In this document: positions 48,103-56,615 of the stretch, piece by piece
Position numbering within the stretch: position 1 is the stretch's first letter
Layout: every line of letters begins with the position of its first letter
Assembly: GCF_003018115.1 (NCBI RefSeq)
Contig: NZ_CP027457.1
DNA length: 64,000 nt
Reading direction: 5' to 3' (one strand)
Source of the DNA: Escherichia coli
Lineage (GTDB): Bacteria > Pseudomonadota > Gammaproteobacteria > Enterobacterales > Enterobacteriaceae
Made by a program: the position numbers and the translations under genes
Notes under the pieces: model-generated
Seen by the model: only the letters and a program-made list of their open reading frames with translations
Database searches by the model: none
What the model was told of the DNA's origin: nothing

Positions 48103-49116
48103 TTAAAATAGCATTTGAGTCAAATAGCCCATTAAGATAGCCATACCTAAGATAACCGTCAGGAATGCAACTATCATCGGTATTCTGAACATTGATTTAA
48201 GTAATATCACTTCCGTCAGGCTTGCGCCCGCACTACCGATGATTAATGCCATTAATGCTCCCAGACCCATTCCTTTTGTCATCAAAACAGATGCCAGAGG
48301 GATAACTGCCTCTGCCCGGATATACAGCGGAATACCGATAACGGCGCTCAATGGGATGGCGAAGGGATTATCTGTCCCTGCATGAGCGGCAATCCATGCA
48401 GAGGGAATAAAGCCATAAATAAAAGAGCCTATTAATACCCCTAACAAAAGATATGGCAGTACATCTTTAAACTGTTGCAACGCATCTTTGGTGGCTAGTT
48501 TTATGGGATTAATACTTACCACAGCTTTGGTACTGCAACAGTTAACGACGGGTTTCTCAATGGCTTTAGCCACTGGATTACAGCAACTCACTTTTATTGG
48601 CGTATATGTCGTCCCCGGCGAAGTTTTGGCTGGAGTACAACAACTTGTTGATGAGCTTTTACTGGCAATGATATGACGTTCAAACCCCAGAGAATCCAGG
48701 ATAATACTGGCAAGTACGGAGACGCCGGCGGCGATAATCGCGTACAACAAGGTAACTTTCCAGCCAAAGGTCACCCACATTAGTCCGACGATAATGGGAT
48801 TAAGTAACGGAGAAACAAATAAAAAAGTGAGAGTCGGACCGAACCCAGCTTTCGCTGACAACAATCCACGTAACATGGGTATTGTCGAGCAACTACAGAA
48901 CGGGGTAACGGCTCCCAACAGAGCAGCCAGGAGATAGCCTCTCCCTTTTCTGGCCCCCATCATCTGCTGGATTTTATGGTCTGGCACCTTTTGTCTTATC
49001 AGGCTGACACCGGCACTAATCACTATAAACAGCAAAGAAAGCTCGACGGCGAGAAACACAAACATCTCTGCGGCATCTTGCAGCATCGCAAGCCAACTAC
49101 TCATACATAACCTCAT
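48103..49116 (-). CDS. ArsP-like (DUF318-type) membrane permease, putative organoarsenical/metalloid efflux
   Basis: 337-aa polytopic membrane ORF with TPFCSCSTIP motif, recalled as the ArsP signature, and a central loop with three vicinal Cys pairs (SCC, SCC, NCC). Not in K-12 at this position by recall. Confidence 0.75.
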   Translation of the reverse strand: MRLCMSSWLAMLQDAAEMFVFLAVELSLLFIVISAGVSLIRQKVPDHKIQQMMGARKGRGYLLAALLGAVTPFCSCSTIPMLRGLLSAKAGFGPTLTFLFVSPLLNPIIVGLMWVTFGWKVTLLYAIIAAGVSVLASIILDSLGFERHIIASKSSSTSCCTPAKTSPGTTYTPIKVSCCNPVAKAIEKPVVNCCSTKAVVSINPIKLATKDALQQFKDVLPYLLLGVLIGSFIYGFIPSAWIAAHAGTDNPFAIPLSAVIGIPLYIRAEAVIPLASVLMTKGMGLGALMALIIGSAGASLTEVILLKSMFRIPMIVAFLTVILGMAILMGYLTQMLF

Positions 49117-49210
49117 TGAATAAATCTATATTTCCAGAATAATCGAAATGAAATTCAGATCAAGATATTTCTGGTATTATCGAAATATCAACCAGACAGA
49201 GGGGTGTCAT

Positions 49211-49531
49211 ATGCAGTTAGAAGAAGTCGCTAAAGCGCTGAAAGAGCTAGGTCACCCGACCCGTTTGTTCATATTTAAACATCTTGTCAAAGCAGGGGAA
49301 CAAGGGTTGCCGGTCGGTGAGTTGCAAAAGCAGCTTGGGATACCTGGCTCCACACTCAGCCACCATATATCAGCACTGGTATCGGTAGGACTGGTCAAAC
49401 AAAACCGTGAGAGTCGGACGCTGATGTGTGTTTCGCAATACGCAATGCTGGAAGCGATAATTGAATTCTTACGCGAGGAGTGCTGCGTAAATAGCAAAAC
49501 ACTTGGCGAAGGGGCCACGAAGAACAAATAA
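49211..49531 (+). CDS. ArsR/SmtB-family metalloregulator, atypical, with C-terminal Cys-Cys
   Basis: ORF 49148..49531; likely start MQLEEVAKALKELGHPTRL (106 aa) with a GGGG RBS; wHTH of ArsR family; lacks the N-terminal CVC site but has C73 and C91-C92 (EECCVNS). Divergent from the permease. Confidence 0.75.
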   Translation: MQLEEVAKALKELGHPTRLFIFKHLVKAGEQGLPVGELQKQLGIPGSTLSHHISALVSVGLVKQNRESRTLMCVSQYAMLEAIIEFLREECCVNSKTLGEGATKNK

Positions 49532-49551
49532 GGGGGCATATCCCCCTTAAG

Positions 49552-49977
49552 CTATTTCAGGCGCTTACCCGCCTCATCAACCACTTTCTCGCCATCTTCC
49601 TTGGCGAACGCGCCTTTTTGCGCATCTGGCAGAATTTCCAGCACCACTTCTGAAGGGCGGCACAGGCGAGTTCCCAGCGTCGTCACCACAATCGGGCGAT
49701 TAATCAGAATCGGGTGCTGAAGCATAAAGTCGATTAACCGATCGTCAGTAAATTTATCTTCCGCAAGGCCCAGCTCCTCATACGGTTCGACGTTTTTACG
49801 CAGCAGCGCGCGTACGGAAATCCCCATATCGGCAATAAGTTTGACCAGTTCATCGCGCGTTGGCGGAGTTTCCAGATAATGGATAATGGTCGGTTCTGTG
49901 CCGCTGTTGCGGATCATCTCCAGCGTATTACGCGACGTGCCGCAGGCCGGGTTGTGATAAATGGTAATGTTGCTCAT
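49552..49977 (-). CDS. arsC: Arsenate reductase ArsC (glutaredoxin-coupled)
   Basis: 141-aa ORF matching recalled ArsC (MSNITIYHNPACGTSRN). Confidence 0.94.
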   Translation of the reverse strand: MSNITIYHNPACGTSRNTLEMIRNSGTEPTIIHYLETPPTRDELVKLIADMGISVRALLRKNVEPYEELGLAEDKFTDDRLIDFMLQHPILINRPIVVTTLGTRLCRPSEVVLEILPDAQKGAFAKEDGEKVVDEAGKRLK

Positions 49978-49989
49978 ATCAGTATCTCA

Positions 49990-51279
49990 TTACAAAGTGA
50001 AAGAGAGACGTAGCGCCAGCGCAGCCAGCGTCACAAACAGCACAGGCAGGGTCATGATAATCCCTGTACGGAAGTAATATCCCCAGCTGATAGTCATATT
50101 CTTCTGCGAAAGTACGTGCAGCCAGAGCAGTGTCGCCAGGCTACCAATCGGGGTGATTTTCGGCCCCAAATCGCAGCCAATCACGTTGGCATAAATCATC
50201 GCTTCTTTGATAACGCCAGATGCCGTGCTGCCATCAATGGACAACGCGCCAACCAGTACCGTCGGCATATTGTTCATAATAGAAGAGAGGAAGGCGGTGA
50301 GGAATCCGGTGCCGAGCGTCGCGGCCCACAGGCCGTTATCCGCCAGCACGTTGAGTACGCCAGAAAGATATTCCGTTAATCCGGCATTGCGCAGGCCATA
50401 AACCACCAGATACATGCCGAGCGAGAAGATGACAATCTGCCAGGGTGCACCGCGCAGGACTTTACCCGTATTAATCGCATGACCGCGTTTAGCGACGACA
50501 AACAAAATCAGCGCGCCCACAGCTGCAATGGCGCTCACCGGAATGCCGAGCGGTTCCAGGACGAAAAATCCCACCAACAGAAGCAGTAAAACAACCCAGC
50601 CTGTTTTGAACGTAGCAGGATCTTTAATCGCTTCTGCGGGAGATTTCAGCAGCGCCATGTCGTAGTTCTGCGGAATATCTTTGCGGAAATAGAGATGCAG
50701 CATCACCAGCGTGGCAACAATCGCGGCGATATCCACCGGCACCATCACCGAGGCATATTCGCGAAAGCCGAGGCCAAAGAAATCAGTGGAAACGATATTC
50801 ACCAGGTTGGAGACAATAAGCGGCAGGCTGGCGGTGTCGGCAATGAATCCGGCCGCCATCACGAACGCAAGCGTCGTGCCTTTACTGAATCCTAAGGCCA
50901 GCAGCATGGCGATGACAATCGGCGTCAAAATAAGCGCCGCGCCATCATTGGCAAACAGGGCGGCAACGGCGGCACCGAGCAGGACAATCCAGGTAAACAG
51001 CAAGCGACCGCGTCCATTGCCCCAGCGTGAAACGTGCAGCGCCGCCCATTCAAAAAAGCCGGACTCATCCAGCAGCAGGCTGATGATAATGACGGCAATA
51101 AACGCAGCCGTCGCGTTCCAGACGATATTCCACACCACCGGAATATCGCCCGGATGTACTACGCCCGTAACTAACGCCAGTACCGCGCCGAGCGTTGCAC
51201 TCCAGCCGATGCCTAAACCTTTCGGCTGCCAGATAACCAATACAATGGTCAGGACAAAGATAGCGCCTGCCAGTAACAT
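49990..51279 (-). CDS. arsB: Arsenite/antimonite efflux pump ArsB
   Basis: ORF 49990..51300; start likely [11 protein letters not shown] giving 429 aa; polytopic membrane protein. Confidence 0.93.
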   Translation of the reverse strand: MLLAGAIFVLTIVLVIWQPKGLGIGWSATLGAVLALVTGVVHPGDIPVVWNIVWNATAAFIAVIIISLLLDESGFFEWAALHVSRWGNGRGRLLFTWIVLLGAAVAALFANDGAALILTPIVIAMLLALGFSKGTTLAFVMAAGFIADTASLPLIVSNLVNIVSTDFFGLGFREYASVMVPVDIAAIVATLVMLHLYFRKDIPQNYDMALLKSPAEAIKDPATFKTGWVVLLLLLVGFFVLEPLGIPVSAIAAVGALILFVVAKRGHAINTGKVLRGAPWQIVIFSLGMYLVVYGLRNAGLTEYLSGVLNVLADNGLWAATLGTGFLTAFLSSIMNNMPTVLVGALSIDGSTASGVIKEAMIYANVIGCDLGPKITPIGSLATLLWLHVLSQKNMTISWGYYFRTGIIMTLPVLFVTLAALALRLSFTL

Positions 51280-51333
51280 AATGCCTCCCGGATAAAACAC
51301 ATGTGAAAATCCATATGTGTTTAGCTAAATTTT

Positions 51334-51687
51334 TTAACTGCAAATGTTCTTACTGTCTGCGGAACAGTTTTGTCGGGCCAGGTTGTGGACAATCGCCTGA
51401 ACCTTTTCCTGTTCACATCGCCAGGCTTCATCAATAATTTTCGCCGCCCATGCTGGAATATGCGGCGATAAGCGGTAATGAACCCACTTACCTTGCTTGC
51501 GGTCCAGCAATAGCCCGCTTTCCCGAAGTAACGCCAGGTGGCGGGATATCTTGGGCTGCGACTGATCGAGGGCAGTGCAGAGATCGCAGACGCATAACTC
51601 TCCCAGTTCGCTGAGCAGTAAAACGATGCCCAGACGGGTTTCATCAGCAAGAATTTTGAACAATTGGATGGGTAACAGAAATGACAT
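51334..51687 (-). CDS. arsR: Arsenite-responsive repressor ArsR
   Basis: 117-aa ORF with metalloid-binding ELCVCDLC motif and wHTH. Confidence 0.94.
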   Translation of the reverse strand: MSFLLPIQLFKILADETRLGIVLLLSELGELCVCDLCTALDQSQPKISRHLALLRESGLLLDRKQGKWVHYRLSPHIPAWAAKIIDEAWRCEQEKVQAIVHNLARQNCSADSKNICS

Positions 51688-51838
51688 ATTGCGCTCCTGA
51701 TTGTTGCAGGTAGTGTCTCTCTTCGAAGCGGATAAGTCAAAAACATATATGACTTAACGAATATGTAAGTGTAGAGAAAGGTATAGGTGTGAATTTTGAG
51801 TTGGGTATTCATTTGAAAGGAGGTCTGGATCAGGACGT

Positions 51839-51925
51839 AAAAAAACCGACTTTGCGTCGGTTTTTACTCTTCAGCCTGAGTTGGTGGCTCTGGCCGGAGT
51901 GAGAATGCCCACATCTAACGGTTCA
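51839..51925 (-). ncRNA. agrB: AgrB-like small RNA (antitoxin sRNA of the dinQ type I TA locus), approximate
   Basis: First copy of a roughly 235-bp tandem repeat; minus-strand hairpin (aaccgacgcaaagtcggtt) plus 7-U terminator; position next to arsR as recalled for K-12. Boundaries approximate. Confidence 0.5.
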
Positions 51926-52070
51926 ATACTATTAGCCAGTGGCTAACATTGCAAGCGTTAGCGATTTCTTCAGCTGGAGAAGGGACAGTTTGCTATACAT
52001 GTTGGTGAAAGAGGATTTATATACGTTCATCGGGTCGCTGCCGTACCAAGCCTTGTCCGAATCCGGACGT

Positions 52071-52158
52071 AAAAAAACCGACTTCGCGTCGGTTTTTTTA
52101 CTCTTCAGCCCAGAGTTGGTGGCTCTGGCTGGAGTGAGATAGCCATCATCTAACGCAT
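52071..52158 (-). ncRNA. agrA: AgrA-like small RNA, second repeat copy, approximate
   Basis: Second tandem copy with the same hairpin plus U-run terminator on the minus strand; divergent from the LexA-box promoter. Boundaries approximate. Confidence 0.5.
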
Positions 52159-52218
52159 CAATGCTAATACCATACTGAAACTATTGCAAGGACGTGCTGG
52201 TTCTATAACCTGCATGTA

Positions 52219-52234
52219 CTGTATGATTATCCAG
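52219..52234 (+). promoter_or_regulatory. LexA (SOS) box, putative dinQ promoter operator
   Basis: CTGTatgattatCCAG fits CTGT-N8-ACAG with one mismatch; lies in the agrA/dinQ divergent region, with a tataac -10-like hexamer just upstream. Confidence 0.55.
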
Positions 52235-52311
52235 TTAGCTCTGAGGCATTTTCACTCTGGCAATGCGCTTGACATCCTCCACGCCCTAAAGGACGTGGAT
52301 TCCTGCTACGT

Positions 52312-53532
52312 TCAGGCTGTCGCCTGAATCATTTCGGTGGGTTCCTGCTTCAACGGGCGGCCTGACTGCACCATCCCTCCACAGGCAAGAACGGCGTGCC
52401 CCGCCGCTAAAATGTTACGAGCGCCGTTTACATCGGCGTTCGCTGTATATCCACATACCGGGCATCTGAATTGACTTTGTGACAGGCGATTTTCTTTCGC
52501 TGTATGACCACAGCACGCGCAACGCTGGCTTGTGTACGCTGGCGGAACAGCAAGCACCTGACCGCCACGCCAGAGCTGCTTGTACTCAAGCTGGCGGCGC
52601 ATTTCATACCAGCCCTGATCCAGTATCGAACGGTTTAAACCTGATTTTGCCCGGACATTGCGCCCCGGCAGGCTGACCGTACCCGATGCTGACTTTGACA
52701 TGTTGCTGACCTTCAAATCCTCAATGACTATCATTGCGTGGTTTTTGCTGACGGTCGTTGTGACTTTGTGAAGGTAGTCCCTGCGGATATTTGCGATACA
52801 GGAATGCAGTCGCTGTATTTTGCGTTTCTGCTTCTGCCAGTTGTTGCTGAATTTGACCTTGCGGCTTAACTGTCGCTGAAGTCTCGCCAGCTTCTTCTGG
52901 TTTTTCTGAAAACTGTTTACAGGCTCAAAGGCTGTGCCATCTGACAGCGTGGCGAGTTTAGCCACGCCAGCATCCAGCCCGACCATTGATGCTGAAGGGT
53001 GAACCGGAGTTGATACTTCACTTTCTGTCTGAATACTGATGTACCACTTACCGCAGGACTGGCTGACCGTGACATTTTTCACAACACCCGTGACCTGACG
53101 GCTATTCCGGTAGCGCATCCAGCCCAGTTTCGGCAGAAAAATACGGCTGTTTTCCTGATCGAGCTTAACGCCCTGCGGGTAGCGGAATGCATCATTCTGT
53201 CCCCGCTTTTTGAATCGGGGAAAAGCAGCCCGCTTCTGGAAGAAGTTTTTGTAAGCCCGCTCAAGGTCTTTCAGTGACTGTTGCAATGGCTGTGAGGGCG
53301 AATCTTTAAGCCATTGCGTTTCAGTGGCGTTTTTCCACTCAACCAGCCAGGAAGCCATTTTCCCGTAAGGGATGTATTTATTACCGGCCTCATGATTCTC
53401 ATTCTGACGTGCCAGAGCACGATTGAAAACGAAACGACATGCGCCTGCGAAGCGCCTCATTTCACGCTCCTGTTGACCACCGGGTCTTAACTGGAATTTA
53501 AATGCCTGTAGTCGTTTCATGGGCCAAATCAT
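52312..53532 (-). CDS. tnpB: TnpB (OrfB_IS605) RuvC-like RNA-guided endonuclease / accessory transposase protein
   Basis: 406-aa ORF (start may be Met5, [13 protein letters not shown]); RuvC-like acidic residues in [23 protein letters not shown]; zinc-finger CACCGH...CPVCGY. Confidence 0.85.
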   Translation of the reverse strand: MIWPMKRLQAFKFQLRPGGQQEREMRRFAGACRFVFNRALARQNENHEAGNKYIPYGKMASWLVEWKNATETQWLKDSPSQPLQQSLKDLERAYKNFFQKRAAFPRFKKRGQNDAFRYPQGVKLDQENSRIFLPKLGWMRYRNSRQVTGVVKNVTVSQSCGKWYISIQTESEVSTPVHPSASMVGLDAGVAKLATLSDGTAFEPVNSFQKNQKKLARLQRQLSRKVKFSNNWQKQKRKIQRLHSCIANIRRDYLHKVTTTVSKNHAMIVIEDLKVSNMSKSASGTVSLPGRNVRAKSGLNRSILDQGWYEMRRQLEYKQLWRGGQVLAVPPAYTSQRCACCGHTAKENRLSQSQFRCPVCGYTANADVNGARNILAAGHAVLACGGMVQSGRPLKQEPTEMIQATA

Positions 53533-53542
53533 ACTTTGGCCT

Positions 53543-53958
53543 ATGAAAAAAGAAACCGATATCCGACGCGGAAGGCATTGTGTTTTCCTGATGCATGTTC
53601 ACCTGGTCTTCGTTACTAAATACCGACGTCAGATTTTTGACTATGACGCGACAGAAAAACTACGCACTTACTTTTCAAATGTATGTGCTGATTTTGAAGC
53701 TGAACTGGTTGAAATGGATGGCGAACCAGATCACGTCCATTTGTTAATTAACTATCCTCCCAAACTGGCGATATCCAGTCTGGTAAACAGCCTCAAAGGC
53801 GTATCGGGTAGGTTACTGCGACGAGATCGACCAGATATTGCAGCCAGGTATTACTACAAAGCGTTTTGTGGAGTCCTGGCTATTTTGCCAGTAGCTGCGG
53901 TGGTGCACCAATATCCATCATCCGCCAATACATTGAACAACAGCAAACACCTGGTTAG
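53543..53958 (+). pseudogene. tnpA: IS200/IS605 Y1 (HuH) transposase TnpA, apparently frameshifted
   Basis: N-terminal HuH motif (HVHLVF, KYRRQ) and second HxH (DHVHLLI) in the ORF frame; conserved C-terminus LWSPGYFASSCGGAPISIIRQYIEQQQ is in another frame from about 53866, ending at 53958. The 175-aa track ORF (to 54046) is a frame-fusion artefact. Confidence 0.55.
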
Positions 53959-54015
53959 GTGGAAAACCGCACCTTATATCCCCGCCCTGAATGAACGGGG
54001 TTTTACGGCGCACCG

Positions 54016-54093
54016 GATAAAGCAATCATCGTTCTTGGGGCGTTAATTGCGCTGCTGGAACTGATCCGCTTTCTGCTTCAGCTTCTGAACTGA
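54016..54093 (+). CDS. dinQ: DinQ-like type I toxin peptide ORF (codons 3-27 present; no in-frame start codon)
   Basis: Encodes DKAIIVLGALIALLELIRFLLQLLN*, matching recalled DinQ from residue 3; upstream in-frame codons (TGFYGAP) contain no ATG/GTG/TTG back to a stop at 53992; convergent with gor. Confidence 0.5.
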   Translation, partial: DKAIIVLGALIALLELIRFLLQLLN

Positions 54094-54110
54094 TAGCGGA
54101 AACGTAATTA

Positions 54111-54139
54111 AGGGCTAAGAGCACACTACTCTTAGCCCT
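54111..54139. terminator. Bidirectional stem-loop between dinQ and gor
   Basis: Perfect 11-bp stem agggctaagag/ctcttagccct with 7-nt loop between convergent ORFs. Confidence 0.6.
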
Positions 54140-54146
54140 TTAACAT

Positions 54147-55499
54147 TTAACGCATTGTCACAAACTCTTCTGCCGCCGTTGGGTGAATGGCGACGGTATT
54201 GTCGAAGTCTTTTTTGGTTGCGCCCATCTTCAGCGCCACCGCGAAGCCCTGCAACATTTCGTCCATACCAAAGCCAATGCCGTGAATACCGACAATCTTC
54301 TCTTCCGGTCCAACGCACACCAGCTTCATGCGGCACGGCTGGCGGTGAGTGGTGACGGCGGTATACATCGCGGTGAAAGAGGATTTATACACTTTCACCT
54401 GATCGTCGCCGTACTGCTCGCGCGCCTGCGGTTCCGTTAAACCAACAGTACCAATCGGCGGATGGCTGAAGACCACGGTCGGAATGTTGCTGTAATCCAG
54501 ATGCTCATCCGGCTTGTTATTAAATAGGCGTTCAGAGAGGCGGCGACCCGCTGCAACTGCCACCGGTGTCAGTTCTACTGCACCCGTGTTATCGCCCACC
54601 GCGTAAATACCTTCAATATTGGTGTTTTGATATTTATCGACGACGATATAGCCTTTTTCGTTAGTTTTAACGCCAGCGGCTTCCAGGTTGATGTTGTCAT
54701 TGGCAGGCTCGCGACCAATCGCCCAAATCAGGCAATCCACCGTTTCACTGCGACCATCTTCCAGCTCCAGCGTCAGGCTGCCATCGGCATTTTTCACTAC
54801 CGCTTTCGGGATGGCGTTGGTGTGCAACTGCGGACCTTCGGCGTTCATCACTTCGACCAGCGTTTCAGAGATCATCGGGTCGAAGCTGCGCAGCGGCGCA
54901 TGTTTACGCACAAACAGATGCGTTTTCGCGCCGAGGCCGTTAATCACGCCAGCCAGCTCAACGGCGATGTAACCCGCGCCAACAACCGCCACGCGCTCTG
55001 GCAAAGCAGGAAGGGCGAAGAAGCCATCAGAATCAATACCGTATTCCACGCCCGGAATATCCGGGTGGCTCGGACGACCGCCGGTGGCGATCAGAATATG
55101 ATCGGCCGTGATGGTTTCACCGTTAACTTCCAGCGTTTTGGCATCAACGAAGCGGGCAAAACCTTTGATTACATCAACGTTATTTTTACCGAGCACGTTT
55201 TCATAGGAAGTATGAATACGGTCGATATAGGCGGTACGGCTGGCGATCAACGTTTCCCAGTTGAATTTATTGATAGTGGTATCGAAACCATAATCCGGAC
55301 CGTACATGTGGATCGCTTCACGGATTTGCGCCGCGTGCCACATCACTTTCTTCGGTACGCAGCCGACGTTCACGCAGGTGCCGCCCAGCTCTTTGGCTTC
55401 AATCAGTGCGCATTTCTGGCCGTACATAGCCGCGCGGTTGATGGAGGCGATACCGCCGCTGCCGCCGCCGATGGCGATGTAATCATAGTGTTTAGTCAT
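54147..55499 (-). CDS. gor: Glutathione reductase Gor
   Basis: 450-aa ORF with FAD-binding GGGSGG and redox-active CVNVGC motifs. Confidence 0.95.
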   Translation of the reverse strand: MTKHYDYIAIGGGSGGIASINRAAMYGQKCALIEAKELGGTCVNVGCVPKKVMWHAAQIREAIHMYGPDYGFDTTINKFNWETLIASRTAYIDRIHTSYENVLGKNNVDVIKGFARFVDAKTLEVNGETITADHILIATGGRPSHPDIPGVEYGIDSDGFFALPALPERVAVVGAGYIAVELAGVINGLGAKTHLFVRKHAPLRSFDPMISETLVEVMNAEGPQLHTNAIPKAVVKNADGSLTLELEDGRSETVDCLIWAIGREPANDNINLEAAGVKTNEKGYIVVDKYQNTNIEGIYAVGDNTGAVELTPVAVAAGRRLSERLFNNKPDEHLDYSNIPTVVFSHPPIGTVGLTEPQAREQYGDDQVKVYKSSFTAMYTAVTTHRQPCRMKLVCVGPEEKIVGIHGIGFGMDEMLQGFAVALKMGATKKDFDNTVAIHPTAAEEFVTMR

Positions 55500-55570
55500 G
55501 ACAGAGTGTCCTTATCGTTGATTACCGCGATTGTAGCGCGAGACGTAATAGGTGCCAGCAATGGCTGCAA

Positions 55571-56413
55571 TTACTCCGGCACGATCCAGCTTACGGTGGC
55601 GTGCCCGGTGCCTGCCGGAACCAGTTTGCTGTGCAGCCACGGCAGCACGTTATTCATCTGTTGTTCCAGCTTCCACGGCGGGTTAATCACAATCATGCCG
55701 GAAGCGGTCATGCCACGGCGATCGCTGTCTGGCAATACCGCCAGTTCAATTTGCAGAATTTTGCGAATGCCGGTCGCTTCCAGGTCGTGGATCATGCGCT
55801 TGATTTGCTGACGCAGCACCACCGGATACCACAATGCGTAAGTGCCCGTGGCGAAACGTTTGTAACCTTCTGCTATCCCACTGACTACCGCCTGATAGTC
55901 GGTTTTCATTTCATACGGCGGATCGATAAGGATTAAACCACGGCGAGAAACCGGCGGCAGTTTGGCCTTAAGCTGCTGGAAACCGTCGGCTTTTTCCACG
56001 CGCGCACGGCTGTCTTTCTGAAATTCAGAACGCAGCAACGGGTAATCGCTCGGGTGCAGTTCGGTCAGTTGCAGACTGTCCTGCTCGCGCAGTAGCTGGC
56101 GAGCAATCAACGGCGAACCGGGGTAGTAACGCAACTGACCGCTACGGTTGAAGTGTTTTACCACATTGATGTACGCCTCCAGCTCCGCAGGCAAATCGTC
56201 CTGCTGCCAGATACGGGCGATACCTTCGAGATATTCGCCGGTACGCTCGGCATGTTCGCTACCTAACTGATAACGCCCGGCCCCTGCGTGGGTGTCGAGA
56301 TAGAGAAACGGTTTATCTTTCTCTTTCAGCGACTCGATGATCAGGCTCTGAACGGTATGTTTAAGGACGTCGGCGTGGTTGCCAGCGTGAAAGCTGTGGC
56401 GATAACTGAGCAT
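55571..56413 (-). CDS. rlmJ: 23S rRNA m6A2030 methyltransferase RlmJ (YhiR)
   Basis: ORF 55571..56464; start at MLSYRHSFHAGNHADV gives 280 aa. Confidence 0.9.
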   Translation of the reverse strand: MLSYRHSFHAGNHADVLKHTVQSLIIESLKEKDKPFLYLDTHAGAGRYQLGSEHAERTGEYLEGIARIWQQDDLPAELEAYINVVKHFNRSGQLRYYPGSPLIARQLLREQDSLQLTELHPSDYPLLRSEFQKDSRARVEKADGFQQLKAKLPPVSRRGLILIDPPYEMKTDYQAVVSGIAEGYKRFATGTYALWYPVVLRQQIKRMIHDLEATGIRKILQIELAVLPDSDRRGMTASGMIVINPPWKLEQQMNNVLPWLHSKLVPAGTGHATVSWIVPE

Positions 56414-56615
56414 GGGTAAAGGTGTTCCGGTAAGTAAAAATCGGCCCGTATTCGGGGCGCACAAAAGCCTATCAGGACAGTATACCGAAAAGAGGCCGCC
56501 GCCGCGAAAGCGTAACGTTTCTCATTGAAATTCACTACACTTAACCCCATGCTACACACATTATGTAAAGCGCCTGTTGAGCGCTTCCTTAACCTCTTTA
56601 ACCAGGACTGCGCTA

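Larger units (their letters stand above)
52261..54012 (-). mobile_element. IS200/IS605-family insertion sequence (IS605-like, divergent tnpA/tnpB); boundaries approximate
   Basis: Divergent Y1-transposase and TnpB ORFs flanked by similar imperfect hairpins (52279..52298 ccacgccctaaaggacgtgg; 53981..54001 ccccgccctgaatgaacgggg), as expected for subterminal LE/RE; interrupts the arsR-gor intergenic locus. Confidence 0.65.

Noticed and set aside
50711-51295. 194-aa plus-strand ORF inside arsB
   Set aside because: Antisense to arsB; Ala/Ser/Thr-rich translation typical of the reverse frame of a membrane-protein gene.
53519-54046. 175-aa tnpA ORF as given in the track, including its C-terminal 30 residues
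   Set aside because: The extension past about 53866 is a read-through in the wrong frame that runs into the dinQ region; the conserved TnpA C-terminus is in another frame ending at 53958.
54627-55811. 394-aa plus-strand ORF spanning gor and rlmJ
   Set aside because: Antisense to two conserved genes and crosses their intergenic gap; shadow ORF.
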